NCBI GenBank assembly: GCA_000004985.1
Contig: GG738869.1
DNA from: Naegleria gruberi
Taxonomy: Eukaryota
Direction: 5' to 3' (one strand)
DNA: 64,000 nt
Below the pieces are notes generated by a model. It had not been told where the DNA came from. It ran no database searches and worked only from the letters and a program-made list of their open reading frames with translations. A program made the translations under genes and the position numbers. Numbering within the stretch: position 1 is the first letter of the stretch; every line of letters starts with the position of its first letter. Positions 32,561 to 44,095 of this stretch are shown here, in pieces.

Positions 32561-34804
32561 ATGCCAAACATCATCTTTCTTCTTTTGAGTATCTTTGCGT
32601 GCATAAACATCTTTTCATTAAGTCTCATACTTGCACAATCAACCCCACAACAATTAAAACAACACACTCTCATAAACATTAAACAGTCAATCATCAAGCA
32701 GCAACTTCAACAACTCTCAAGTATCACCATAATTTCAGCATTAAATCATTTAACAGTCGTTTCCTTCTCACCCAAGCTCAAACTTTCATCTCCGAAGGAT
32801 TTACATGACAAACGAATAGTTATCATTAATCCAATCTCTTCCACAACAGATATCTATGATGAGGAATCTGATTTGTTAGTGAGAGGATTGTCGCTCACTG
32901 AAACAATTTTTAAAAGTCAATTGGAAATGTTTAACAAACAATTGACAAATGAATCACAGATAATTATACCTCGTAGTATTAAATCTTATGATTTGGTGTT
33001 TTATGATTGTGTATTTGGGAATCCACTCGAATTATTTGATGTTTTTGTAATGAGTTCTGAAGATTTTCTTGGAAGTTTTGTGTTAGGAGTTCCAAAGATG
33101 ATAGAAACTAATGGTCTATATGAATGGAATGATTTTTCCTTCCTCAAAGAGTTTCAAGTGCCTATTTCAGTTTCGGTTTATTATAATGAAACTGTATTGG
33201 ATGAAACTAGTGTGAAAAATCAATTAGATACTGTTTATTTGGGACTAAATCAGTTATATTTCAATAGAACAAGTAATTATGAATTGTACAGAAATTTAGG
33301 ATACATGTTATATGAAACTGGTTATGGAAATGTTTCGAATTATGAAAGAGAATTTATAACATATTATCTTACTCAATATAATGATGTACCATTGAAGAAA
33401 AAGAAGCCCACTTTACAATTTTATCCCTTCTCAAGCAGAAAGTACACTCAAGAATACGAAACTCTATCTCAACAATATTACAATCAGTCAACTTCAAAAA
33501 TGACAATCAATTCAATGTATTGTTATGAAAAGTATAATGACGCATACACAGTTTGCTCGAGTAACAATAGAACAGCTAATATTGTATACGATACCATTAA
33601 TTTAGTAACCATTGTCATTGGAATTCTATTCTATGTTGCTCTATTAAGTGTTTGTAACACTAAATCAATCAAAAGAAGATTGACGGCTCCATATATTCTT
33701 CCATTATTGACAATTGCTTGTAATATTGCCTTTTCTTCATATTCTAATACATGCAGATCAGTTAAGAGTGCTTTTATTGTTTGCTTAATTGCAGCAATTA
33801 TTGGAGTTTACGGATTTTCCTTATTGAGATTCACCTATCTAAGATATTTATATCTGTTCCTTTCCAAAGCTAAGGGTGAAGTCTCAATTAAAATTCACAA
33901 AATTCTAGTTTCTTCCACTTTCGGCATTGTCGGATCATTACTCTTTGGAATGGCCTATGCCATTGTTTGGATGATTGTTTGTGTCCCGTTCATTAATAGC
34001 AGAATTTACTACTCAGATACTCAATACGTATTCAATATCATGTACGTGGTTGTAGTATTGTCAGGCACATTAATTGGAACAATTATCATTCTATTGGATG
34101 CTGCACTCAATTGGAAGAAAATTAAGGATAAGGGTATTTATACATTCTTAACCTTTGAAGATCCATTTGGGTTGAGAATGGATTTGCTCTATTTTTTGGT
34201 GATTATTATTGCAACTGTTTCCATTACAATAATTTCACCATTTCCATTCGAATATCAGGATATAGTGGTTGGACTATTGAAAGCAGTGGCATTTGTGTTT
34301 ACGTACATGTTGGCTGGAGGAACAGCAATTATTATTGAGTGGAAAAGATATATTTCTAAAAAGAGGAATATAGATTCGGATGAAAATAATGAAAGTGTTA
34401 GATTTGAGGCATTGATGAAAGATGAATTGTTCAAGGAACTATTCGAAATGTATTGTTCTAAAGAGTTTTCCTTGGAGAATGCCTTACTGTATGAAGAATT
34501 ACAAAACCTGAAAGAGGCGCATCAACAAGATGATTTAATGCCATTCGATTCGTACAAACGCTTATACGAAACCTATTTTCAATCACTTTCAAAATATGAA
34601 GTCAATCTTCCATCACCAGTTAAGAAACAACTAATATCTCTTTATGAAGCAAAAGAATCCATCAAATTCTCAAAGGTTTATGATCTTGTTAGAACTGAGC
34701 TCTTGTTCAATCTGAATGATACTTTTGAAAGATTGAAAGAAACATCAGAATTTAAAAGATACTCATTCTCCAGAGACGTCCAATTAAAGAATAGTATTGT
34801 TTAG
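32561..34804 (+). CDS. Seven-transmembrane receptor with C-terminal RGS domain (7TM-RGS, AtRGS1-like topology) and large N-terminal ectodomain
   Basis: 747-aa single exon. It has a signal peptide, an ectodomain of about 320 aa with many N-glycosylation sequons, and seven hydrophobic helices (residues ~340-600). The RGS box is EFSLENALLYEELQNLKEA...YETYFQSLSKYEVNLP. Confidence 0.65.
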   Translation: MPNIIFLLLSIFACINIFSLSLILAQSTPQQLKQHTLINIKQSIIKQQLQQLSSITIISALNHLTVVSFSPKLKLSSPKDLHDKRIVIINPISSTTDIYDEESDLLVRGLSLTETIFKSQLEMFNKQLTNESQIIIPRSIKSYDLVFYDCVFGNPLELFDVFVMSSEDFLGSFVLGVPKMIETNGLYEWNDFSFLKEFQVPISVSVYYNETVLDETSVKNQLDTVYLGLNQLYFNRTSNYELYRNLGYMLYETGYGNVSNYEREFITYYLTQYNDVPLKKKKPTLQFYPFSSRKYTQEYETLSQQYYNQSTSKMTINSMYCYEKYNDAYTVCSSNNRTANIVYDTINLVTIVIGILFYVALLSVCNTKSIKRRLTAPYILPLLTIACNIAFSSYSNTCRSVKSAFIVCLIAAIIGVYGFSLLRFTYLRYLYLFLSKAKGEVSIKIHKILVSSTFGIVGSLLFGMAYAIVWMIVCVPFINSRIYYSDTQYVFNIMYVVVVLSGTLIGTIIILLDAALNWKKIKDKGIYTFLTFEDPFGLRMDLLYFLVIIIATVSITIISPFPFEYQDIVVGLLKAVAFVFTYMLAGGTAIIIEWKRYISKKRNIDSDENNESVRFEALMKDELFKELFEMYCSKEFSLENALLYEELQNLKEAHQQDDLMPFDSYKRLYETYFQSLSKYEVNLPSPVKKQLISLYEAKESIKFSKVYDLVRTELLFNLNDTFERLKETSEFKRYSFSRDVQLKNSIV

Positions 34805-36780
34805 ATTCAGTTTTTGGATAATTCTCCTCTTCAACAGCAATACTTTGATGGTATAACTTTCCAATAATTGAAGTTGATCTTATTTTACCTCCCATATAGT
34901 CAGGTCTCTCATTATATTCATGTATCCAATCTGGAAGCGCTACTAGTTGACCATTCTTACTTGATTCCATAACAACATCTGACAAGGCAGCCAATTCTTT
35001 TGCTCGAGGACTGTCTGCACCTTCCTGTTCACATACAACAACCCATGTATTGCAAATTATTCCAATCTTTCCGTGTAAATATTAAGGAATTATACTAAAC
35101 ACATTCACAACTTACATTACTACTCATTCTAAACTCAAAAACATTAGCACTAGTCCACCAATAGTTTTTCAAGAGATGATGGGAAAAGTTGGAAAGTGCA
35201 GTGTTGACACATTTCTTAAGATCAAATTGTTTAAGTGTATGGCCAAACTCATTAGCTTTACTCCACCAACTTTGAATATATTGTGCTTGTGGAATAATTT
35301 CAGTATTCCAAGAGGTAAAAAACCTATCACCATCTTTGAATTGCAAGTTAGAAATTGAAAATAAATGAAAGTTACCTAACTCACCTGGAATGTTGTGTTG
35401 CTGACAATCGGCAGCGAAAATAATAACACTTCCTTTTAAATCAACTTCATGTCCAAACCATTTCTGATAGTAATCTGGGATGGATACGGTTTCGAATATT
35501 CTTACATCTCGTGGATGAAGTCCAGGATTTCTGAAAACAATAACTTTTTTCCCACCTGGAACCATACGCCCATTCTTTGTAATGACAATAACTTGGTTAT
35601 CTTTCAATTGTTTAGTTTCGTCCAAAATTCCTTTAGCAATAACTGAATCTTTCATAAAAAACTTTGTTTTTTCCTTAGCATTCTTGATTCTTGCCCTAAA
35701 TTCTTCATCATTTCGACACTTATTTCTAGCAAGGGCTTTTTTTTGTGCATTAAGAAACACTTCATCCTTAACTTGCAATGAACTTAACAAAATAATTATT
35801 TGTCTATTAATATTTGCCGTGTCTGATTCATTCAATCCTTCAACAATTTCCAATTTGTTGAAAAGAGGATTCCCCTCAAATTTCTTCATGCTCTCTCTCA
35901 GAATGATTTGATTGCCATTCATGATCTTGTCTGGACATACTGTCAACATTCCCTTAAATCCAAGAAATCTAATCTGGAAAGCACGAGGAATGTGAACATA
36001 TTTTCCATCAATGCTTTGATCTCTCAAACTACAGCAAACTGCCTTGGCAAATGAGTAACTAATCATACCAATACCATCTGACACAATTCCTTTTCCATCT
36101 CTTGAATTAATGTCATCAATTACTATATATTTGTGAACACGAATTGTTTCTTTGGTGGAAGTGAAATTAAGACACTGTCTTGCAATTTTGGTTTCAATTT
36201 CAGAGGCATAGATCCCAAAGATGTCCATCATTTTCATTGGATCCTCTTCACATGTAAAGTAAACTCCCCTCTCTGAAAGTAAACTTGAAGAAGCACCAAT
36301 TGGCTTGAACATTTGTCCATATAAACAAAAGCCTTTCAGTGTTGTTTGCATTACTGTGGAATCTCTTTCATCTTCAAAGTCAACTCGGATGAATTTATCA
36401 ATTCCATAATATCTAAATACCTTGTTATAATCAATCTCGGCAAATTCAAATGATTTTAAATTGGTTGATTTCACTCTTCTTATCAATTCGGTTTGTTTTA
36501 CAGCGCTTTCATCAAATTTAAATAAAGTATGACACTTCTTCTCTGTAACCACATGTCTATAAAGTTGCTGTGAGAAGTGATACAAACATTGAGTCAGTTC
36601 TTCCTTTGCATTAACAAATTGTTCTGTCTGTTCCTTGAACCATTTACAAAATGGTGCATCTCTATGTTTTTGCAAGTAATGTAACAATAAGCTCCTTTGA
36701 TTATCGATTGTAATGCAACAATGATCGTTTAACCAACCCCATGCCTGTGACCACATTTTTTTGATATTCATTTGTTGCAT
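34752..36780 (-). CDS. RNA-dependent RNA polymerase (eukaryotic RDR/RdRP family), 2 exons
   Basis: Exons 36780-35116 and 35024-34752, with a 91-nt GTAAGT...CAG intron. It has the catalytic DxDGD-type motif (NLQFKDGDRFFTSWN) and the downstream RdRP signature LPDWIHEYNERPDYMGGKIRSTSIIGKLY. The last 53 nt of CDS overlap, antisense, the 3' end of the 7TM-RGS CDS. Confidence 0.7.
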
Positions 36781-37132
36781 TTTGAAAATGAAAGAAGAAG
36801 AAACAGATCATAAACGCGAGTAAAAAACACGTGTTTTCAAGACTTCCTTAGTTCCAAATTTGGAAATCCTATGCAACATATCATTATGAGAGGAAAGTTT
36901 CTACAACATTTATCATGCAAATGATTCTTGCCAATCAAATTAATAGACTTGATTTTAAGAATGTCTCTATTCATTGAATTTAAAGATCTATTTCCTGACC
37001 TGCATGTTCACAGGCGTTCATTCACTTTCATAATCTATTTCAGTTGTAATCTGGTCAGTATAAAAAACACCAATAACACTTAATACTAATGTAATAATTA
37101 ATATATTTTATTAATTTTACAAATTAAAAAAA

Positions 37133-37867
37133 ATGAGTTTTCACTTTCTTGATTGGTCGCAATGGGATCAAACAGCAACCGTTGAAATGATCAAAACAGC
37201 AGCTAGTCAAGCTTTGAATATGGGTCCTCCGAATCCAATGTTATGTGCACCATTGTCTGTGAGTGATTTTTCATTCGGAAGTGTAACTCCAAAATTTTCC
37301 ATAGAAAAGTTACCCAAACTATCACTCACTCAACAAGAAATACATTTACGATTTTTCTATCAAGGAGATGGTTATATTAAATTAAAAACCAGAGCACAAA
37401 TTAACAAATTAGTTCCGAATAATCAAAGTTATTATGGATACAGTCTAGGAATTGGTAATCAAATGGTTGGACAATATCCAGTTGAAATGCCTTTGGAAAT
37501 TACAATTAAAGATTTAAAATTGGACGGTTTATTAATTATTAAAACAGATACATCAGCAATTGAACATACAAATATAAAGGATTTAATTAATTTATCTAAA
37601 CATAAAGAGGACTCGGATCAAGTTAAAGATAATTTATTGAGCAAGGAACCATCAAGGGAATGCGCAGTTTTTGTTCAATTAATGAATAATCCTCTTGAAT
37701 GTATTGATGTTTATAGTACTTTTGAAGAGGCCATTCCACAATCAAAATCAATATTTGTTAATATGATTAGAGGAGAGGCAGAACAAGGTATTTCAGAACT
37801 CATGAAAGAGCCTAAAAGAATACCACTCAATCTCAATGAGCTAGCCATTGGTAAATCAAAAAAGTAA
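37133..37867 (+). CDS. SMP-domain ERMES subunit, Mdm12/Mdm34-like
   Basis: 244-aa ORF. The N-terminus MSFHFLDWSQWD...LNMG...VSDFSFGSVTPKFSIEKL matches the conserved MSF.(I/F)NW...(L/V).DF.(L/F)G..P start of Mdm12 and Mdm34. Confidence 0.45.
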   Translation: MSFHFLDWSQWDQTATVEMIKTAASQALNMGPPNPMLCAPLSVSDFSFGSVTPKFSIEKLPKLSLTQQEIHLRFFYQGDGYIKLKTRAQINKLVPNNQSYYGYSLGIGNQMVGQYPVEMPLEITIKDLKLDGLLIIKTDTSAIEHTNIKDLINLSKHKEDSDQVKDNLLSKEPSRECAVFVQLMNNPLECIDVYSTFEEAIPQSKSIFVNMIRGEAEQGISELMKEPKRIPLNLNELAIGKSKK

Positions 37868-38078
37868 ATCAATAATTTGTATATTATCTCATATTATTCT
37901 ATTCTAATTGAACATTTCTAATGAAATAACAAGCCATCCTACCCAAAAGCGAGATGGAGTTTGTTATTTTGCCTTGCAAATCTTCTAACAATTTTCCAAT
38001 ACAAAAAAAATTGATAAAAATAGATTGGAAGAGTTTTCTCAAAGACTTGAAAAAATATTTTCTCTTCCGATCATCATC

Positions 38079-39610
38079 ATGAAACCATCATCATTTCCTC
38101 TTCTAATTAAATTATTTTCAAAACACAATCATCATCGTCATGGTGTGAATGTTCTAGGTGTTTTATTAATAGCTATTTTATTATTTAGTGTAGATAATGT
38201 ATTTGGAATTTATTCAAGTAAGATTTTTACGATACAACCAGGTGCTGAATATAATGTTGTGGATTTAGAAGGATCAGGTTTTGGATTTTCAACAGGAGGA
38301 TTGGCCAAGTTTAATTTTACAACTAAACAAGTATGTTTTGATAGGATTTCGATTTTTAATTTGTAATAGTCGGCCGATTCTGCAAATCTTGTTTTTGTAA
38401 TGCTTCCCTATAAATTCTGGGCAGTATTACACTCGGCAAAGTGGGATAGTGATCCTTCATATGCTCAATATATGTGTGATATTCCTTCTAAATTGGTAAG
38501 TTTCAGTTGACTGAAATATTATTCTAATCAGAGTAGAGAATTCCAATCACATCTTCAAGTATTGATGCTGTAGTTTCTTATTCTGATAATGAATTGGTTG
38601 CATTGGATGATTACTCTTATTCAATTTCAAAATCCATTACTATTGATACATCTTCCCACTACTCTCTTCTCTTGTTGAAATGTGAACCTTCTGCACCAAG
38701 TGCAGCATTATCTATAAGAGTAGATATGGAACTTATTAATCCTAATGGACAACATTTGAGTACTCAAAAGCACCCTTACATTTTGATCTATTTCACTTTG
38801 ATGATTGCTAATGGAGCATTGTTGACCTATTTATTATTCTTCTTCTTGAAAAACAAAAGACATATTTTCCGTCTTCAAATTGTAATTGGAGTAGCAATCA
38901 TTTTGCAAATTATCAGTCATGCCTCTGTATTTACCTATTTCGAATATATTAATATTGAAGGAAAAATGTCTGATGCTCTGGATATTACATTATCTGTAAT
39001 AAGTGTGTTTGGAGATACAGGATTTTTACTCATGTTATTAGCTATTTCAATTGGATATTCTATTATGGAAGATTCCCTCAATCCAAAGGCAAAATTTTTG
39101 TTCATTTCCTGCTTTGTTGTTTATTTAGGTACAAGAATTATGTATGCATTTTGTAAGGACTCCTCTATTTGCTCTATTTTCCTTTTGGTATTCAGAGTGG
39201 TTAAATTTGTAATCACTTTTGCAATTATCATAGCTATGGTAAGTTGAATGAAACCAAAATTACTAAAACATTTCAGAATCAAACAATAGATAGACTTAGA
39301 ATACAAGCTGCAGAACAACAGTTCAGTAACGATAACCAAAGTGAAGTGTTCATCAAGATGAAGAAGTACAAGTAAGTTATTTTGTATCTTTCAACAAAAT
39401 TAACATTGTTAAAGAGCATTCAGATTGGCATTCCTTCTTTACTTGATGGCTCCTGTAATTTCCCTCTTTGTACAATATACTATTTTAACATGGGTTAATT
39501 TTTGGGTGTTGTCCATGATTGAAGAGCTATTGGTATTTTACATGAACTATTTTGTAGTTACCAACTTTTATCCACAAGCTTTCGATGTATCAAGACCACA
39601 TCAAGATTAA
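38079..39610 (+). CDS. GPR107/GPR108-like (LUSTR/TMEM87 family) seven-transmembrane protein, 5 exons (tentative family)
   Basis: Exons 38079-38330, 38370-38495, 38537-39238, 39277-39371 and 39415-39610. Introns are 39, 41, 38 and 43 nt. It has a signal peptide, a luminal domain (LPYKFWAVLHSAKWDSDPSYAQYMCD, INPNGQHLSTQKHPYILIY) and then a multi-pass TM region. The stop codon is shared within TTAA with the convergent F-box/SPRY gene. Confidence 0.4.
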
Positions 39611-40764
39611 TTTTTACTACCATTATTAAATTTGTTAATAAAGCTCTTCATTGTTGCCATTGATGTTGAAATAAAGTCAAGATCATCACAGTCGCGCATG
39701 AATTGTTCTGCTACCTCTCTAAACTCTTCCTTAATACTTTTAAGATGAACGTGATATGTTTCGTATGATTTTTCACACTGGTCATAAATTAAAAGTAGCT
39801 CAGGAACACCAAGCCTAGATTCCTGTACGAAACTAAACTGATCTCCAGAAGAAAACATGGTTGCTGTAATTCTATAAGTATCCATAAGCCCTCTAAATTG
39901 TATATTTTTGAACTCATGAGAGAATGTTCCATTAATATAGAATGAAACGCTCCTTCCTAACATATCTACAACTATTGAAATTATATCCCCCTCAAAGAAA
40001 AAACCGCATGTAGCTTCTGAATACCTTTCTTGAACATTGGGGAAATAATGTCTTGCCCTTCCATTGCTCGAACATCCGGCATTGTAAGGGTTAAATCCAA
40101 CAAACTTTCGTTCCAACAGTAAGAAACTTTTTTCGGCTATTCCTAGTCCTACATTAGTTTTGGAAGGTTTACAATCCAATCTGATATGAAAGCACTTTAC
40201 AGTCTGAGAGTTAATTTCATATGTGGATGAGCAACTTGTATTTTTTGTAATTCCCAAATACTTAACAGTTTGGCAAGCATTGCTGCTCCCCTCGATCTGT
40301 TGTGAGTTTGTTTCCTGAGCATCAGTACTATTATTATATAATCTAAAATCTACATCTATGGTTGGTGAATAGTTTGGAGTGTTATCCCATTGATTATAAT
40401 TATTTGTAAATATTGACATAAATCTCATCCATTTGTGTTTTCTCGTTTGTAATGATTTTTTAAGATCATTGAAAAGTGGCTTTAGCCATGCAGCCTGTTT
40501 GACACAAAAAGTTTCCCACAGAACTCCTTCACAATCATCACATATCACTCTATAAAATTTCTTATTAATTAATAATCCTTTTTCAACTAGACTTTTCAAA
40601 TCCAAAAATTGTAAAATACTAGTAATCATATGTTTAGGAATGTACCACGTTTCAAAGAAATAAATATCATCCTCCTCCTCTAAATCATCCTTCTTTGATT
40701 TCCGATTGTCTGAATAGGGATGATATCTATTCTGTGGCTCCTTGTTCAATTGTTCTTTTCCCAT
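39607..40764 (-). CDS. F-box/SPRY domain protein (FBXO45-like)
   Basis: 385-aa ORF. The F-box is IPKHMITSILQFLDLKSLVEKGLLINKKFYRVICDD. A B30.2/SPRY fold follows (GLGIAEKSFLL...GFNPYNAGCSSNGRARHYFP...GDIISIVVDMLGRSVSFYINGTF). Confidence 0.6.
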   Translation of the reverse strand: MGKEQLNKEPQNRYHPYSDNRKSKKDDLEEEDDIYFFETWYIPKHMITSILQFLDLKSLVEKGLLINKKFYRVICDDCEGVLWETFCVKQAAWLKPLFNDLKKSLQTRKHKWMRFMSIFTNNYNQWDNTPNYSPTIDVDFRLYNNSTDAQETNSQQIEGSSNACQTVKYLGITKNTSCSSTYEINSQTVKCFHIRLDCKPSKTNVGLGIAEKSFLLLERKFVGFNPYNAGCSSNGRARHYFPNVQERYSEATCGFFFEGDIISIVVDMLGRSVSFYINGTFSHEFKNIQFRGLMDTYRITATMFSSGDQFSFVQESRLGVPELLLIYDQCEKSYETYHVHLKSIKEEFREVAEQFMRDCDDLDFISTSMATMKSFINKFNNGSKN

Positions 40765-41067
40765 TTTTTTTAAATTAACATTTATTTAAAAAACATATTA
40801 AAGAAAATTTAAAAGGTGCAATTTCAATACACTATTTATTGCCATCACATCCAAGTTTTTAATCACATCATTCGAAAACTAAATATTTTTCACTGTTACC
40901 GTTTTAAATAAATTAAAATTTTACAATTTTAACTCATGACTTCTTTTCACTTCCAGAAGGAACACGTGTTAATTATCTTGACGAGGATCGTTTGGGTGTT
41001 GTTGTGTTGAGTTGATGATAAGAAAACTCAGAGAGATTGTATTACGCAAAAATTCAATTCCGAAAAA

Positions 41068-43900
41068 ATGAATACAAACAAGCAAACAGCTGGCTTAAGG
41101 CTTGTTGTTGTTGGTGTTGTATTGGCTGTGGTGTTGATGACAACACTCTTCCATTCAACATTTGCTATGGATAAATCTAAATTTGAAAATTGTGATCAAA
41201 AAGGATTCTGTAAACGTTTGAGAGGATCAAAGAAGTCTAGTTACATTATTTCATCACAAAAAGTTGAAAATGGAGTATTTACTGCTACTTTGGAAAATAA
41301 GGAAGAAGGTTCAACATTCGATCCACTCACACTCGTTATTGAATCATACGAAAATGGTATCTTTAGAATGAAAATTCAAGAAAAGGTTGATGCCGGAGTC
41401 ACTCTCAAGAATAGATACAATGTTAAAGATGTAATTGTTGACAGTGTTGCAAAGGTCCCAATCTCGGAAAGCAAGCAAAATGTGTTGACAAATGGTAGGT
41501 TTGATAATGATGATTATGTTTAATTTAATTATTTTAATTAGGAAATTCTGACTTGGTTCTCGAAAATAGAGATGATGGATTCAAGATTACCTTCAAAGTC
41601 AATGGAGAAGATGTAATTGTTTTCAATGAAAAGAATTTATTAGTTGTTGAAAATGTTTTAAGAGAAAAGAATGAAAATTATGGTAAGTAATCAACAATAC
41701 TTGCATGGATTATTAAATGGAAATAGATGGTGAAAGTGCTCTTGGAATGGACTTTACTTATGTTGGTTCAACTAATTTGTATGGTTTACCAGAAAGAGCT
41801 ATGAGACTCTCACTCCCACCAACCAAGGATGCTGATAATAATATTCTTACAGAACCATACAGATTGTATAATTTGGATATTTTTGAATATGAATTGAATA
41901 ATCCTATTGGTCTCTATGGTGTTATTCCATTATTATATGGTATTACTTCAAAGAGTGCTGCTGGTGTTTTCGTTTTGAATCCATCAGAAACCTTTGTGGA
42001 TATTATTGGCGGATCTCAATATTCTTCTCATTGGATTTCTGAAACTGGTGTTTTGGATGTATTCTTCCTTCCTGGACCATCTCCAAAGTCTATTGCTAAG
42101 CAAATGGCTTATTTGACTGGTACTGCTCCACTTCCTCAAAGATTTTCACTTGGACACCACCAATGTAGATGGAATTACAAGGATGAAGAAGATGTAAGAA
42201 ATGTCAACCAAAAATTCGATGAATATGACATTCCTTATGATGTTTTGTGGTTGGATATTGAACACACTGACGGTAAGAAATATTTCACATGGGACAGCCA
42301 TACTTTCCCAACTCCAAAGAGAATGCAAGAAGATTTGGCAAGTAAGGGAAGAAAGATGGTCACCATTTCTGATCCTCACATTAAGCGTGAAAATGGATAC
42401 TTTGTCCACGATGAAGCAACTAGAAATGGATACTATGTTAAGAATTCTGATGGCACTGCCGATTATGAAGGTCATTGTTGGCCTGGATCCTCTTCATGGC
42501 TTGATTATATCAACCCAGTTGTTAGAGAATACTATGCTGATCTTTACAGCTTCTCCAAGTATGAAGGATCAACTGAAAATCTTTACACATGGATCGATAT
42601 GTAAGTATTTTATTTTGCCTTATATTCTAATTATTTTCAATATAGGAATGAACCTAGCGTATTCTCTGGACCTGAAATTACTATGGATAAGAACGCCTTG
42701 CATCATGGAGATCTTAGACATCGTGAAGTTCACAACATGTATGGTTTCTATCAATCAGTTGCCACTAATTTAGGTCATATTAAGAGAAGAAATGGAGAAG
42801 ATCGTCCATTCATTTTGACAAGATCCTTGTTTGCTGGAAGTCAAAGATATGTTGCTAAGTGGACTGGTGATAATATGGCTGAATGGAGCCATTTGGATAT
42901 TGCTCAACCAATGATTCTTGCACTCAGTATCAGTGGTATGCCTTTTGTTGGTGCTGATGTTGGTGGTTTCTTTGGAAATCCAGAAGAAGAATTATTGGTT
43001 CGTTGGTATCAAGTTGGTGCTTTCTATCCTTTCTTTAGAGCTCATGCCCACATTGAAACTAAGAGAAGAGAACCATGGTTGTTCGGTGATCATAATACTC
43101 AATTGATCAGAAAGGCTATTGCAAGAAGATATACTCTCTTACCACTGTATTATACTATTGCTTTCGAATCTATGCTTACTGGTGAACCTTATGTTCGTCC
43201 TTTGTTCATGGAATATCCAAATGATGCTACTACCTTTAATGTTGATGATTCCTTCCTCGTTGGTACTGATTTGTTGGTTAAGCCTGTTGTTCAAAAGGGT
43301 GCTAGCGATATTCTCGTCTATCTCCCAAGAGGTGTCTGGTACGATTACGAAACTGGTCAAAAATTCGATGCTGGTAGAGGAAAGAATGTTTCAATTGCTA
43401 CATCATTGGATTTGAGTATTCCAGTTTTCCAACGTGGTGGTAGTATTCTTCCTACTCAACAAAGATTGAGAAGATCCTCACAACAAATGGTTAAGGATCC
43501 ATTCACACTTACTGTTGCTCTTAACAGAAAGGGAGAAGCTTTAGGAACATTGTACTTGGATGATGGTAGTACATTCAATTATAGAAATGGTGATTACGTT
43601 TATCGTCAATTCAGTTTCTCAAATAATGAATTGAAGGCTGTTAAGGGAGATATTTCACCTCTCATTTTGAATACCAGATCCAATACTGTTGATTCCAATC
43701 AAAACAGAAAGGTTGATAATATTATTGAAAGAATTGTAATTTATGGAGCTTCCAAGCCAAGTAGTATCAGTCTTCAATATGCCTCTCATGATGGTGTTGA
43801 TTTGTTGATGTCACCAGAATTTACCTTTGAAAATAATGTTTTGACAATCAGAAAACCTCAAATTCCAATCACTGCTGATTTTGTATTGAAACTCAACTAG
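41068..43900 (+). CDS. Glucosidase II alpha subunit (GH31 alpha-glucosidase, ER N-glycan trimming), 4 exons
   Basis: Exons 41068-41494, 41542-41682, 41727-42600 and 42646-43900. Introns are 47, 44 and 45 nt. It has a signal/anchor sequence. The GH31 catalytic motif DVLWLDIEHTDGKKYFTWD...WIDM|NEPS is split by intron 3. It also has HNMYG and a GH31 C-terminal beta-domain. Confidence 0.85.
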
Positions 43901-44095
43901 ATGATAAATAAATCCTAACATAAAAGTTTAAAATTATTCCTAGAATTGATTTGAACCCCTCACATATTTTGTATTAAGGAAACACAGTTAGCTATTAAGC
44001 AGCGAGAACAACCGAATCCGCCCAAATTTATCTCGAAAGAATATGTGGTGAATTTCGCCCAACATCTACAACGGTTGTTTTATTTAAATTAAAAA

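Noticed and set aside
35582-35911. Plus-strand ORFs antisense to the RdRP exon (35176-35358, 35449-35646, 35582-35911)
   Set aside because: They are low-complexity reverse-strand artefacts of an AT-rich coding region, with no start context or homology.
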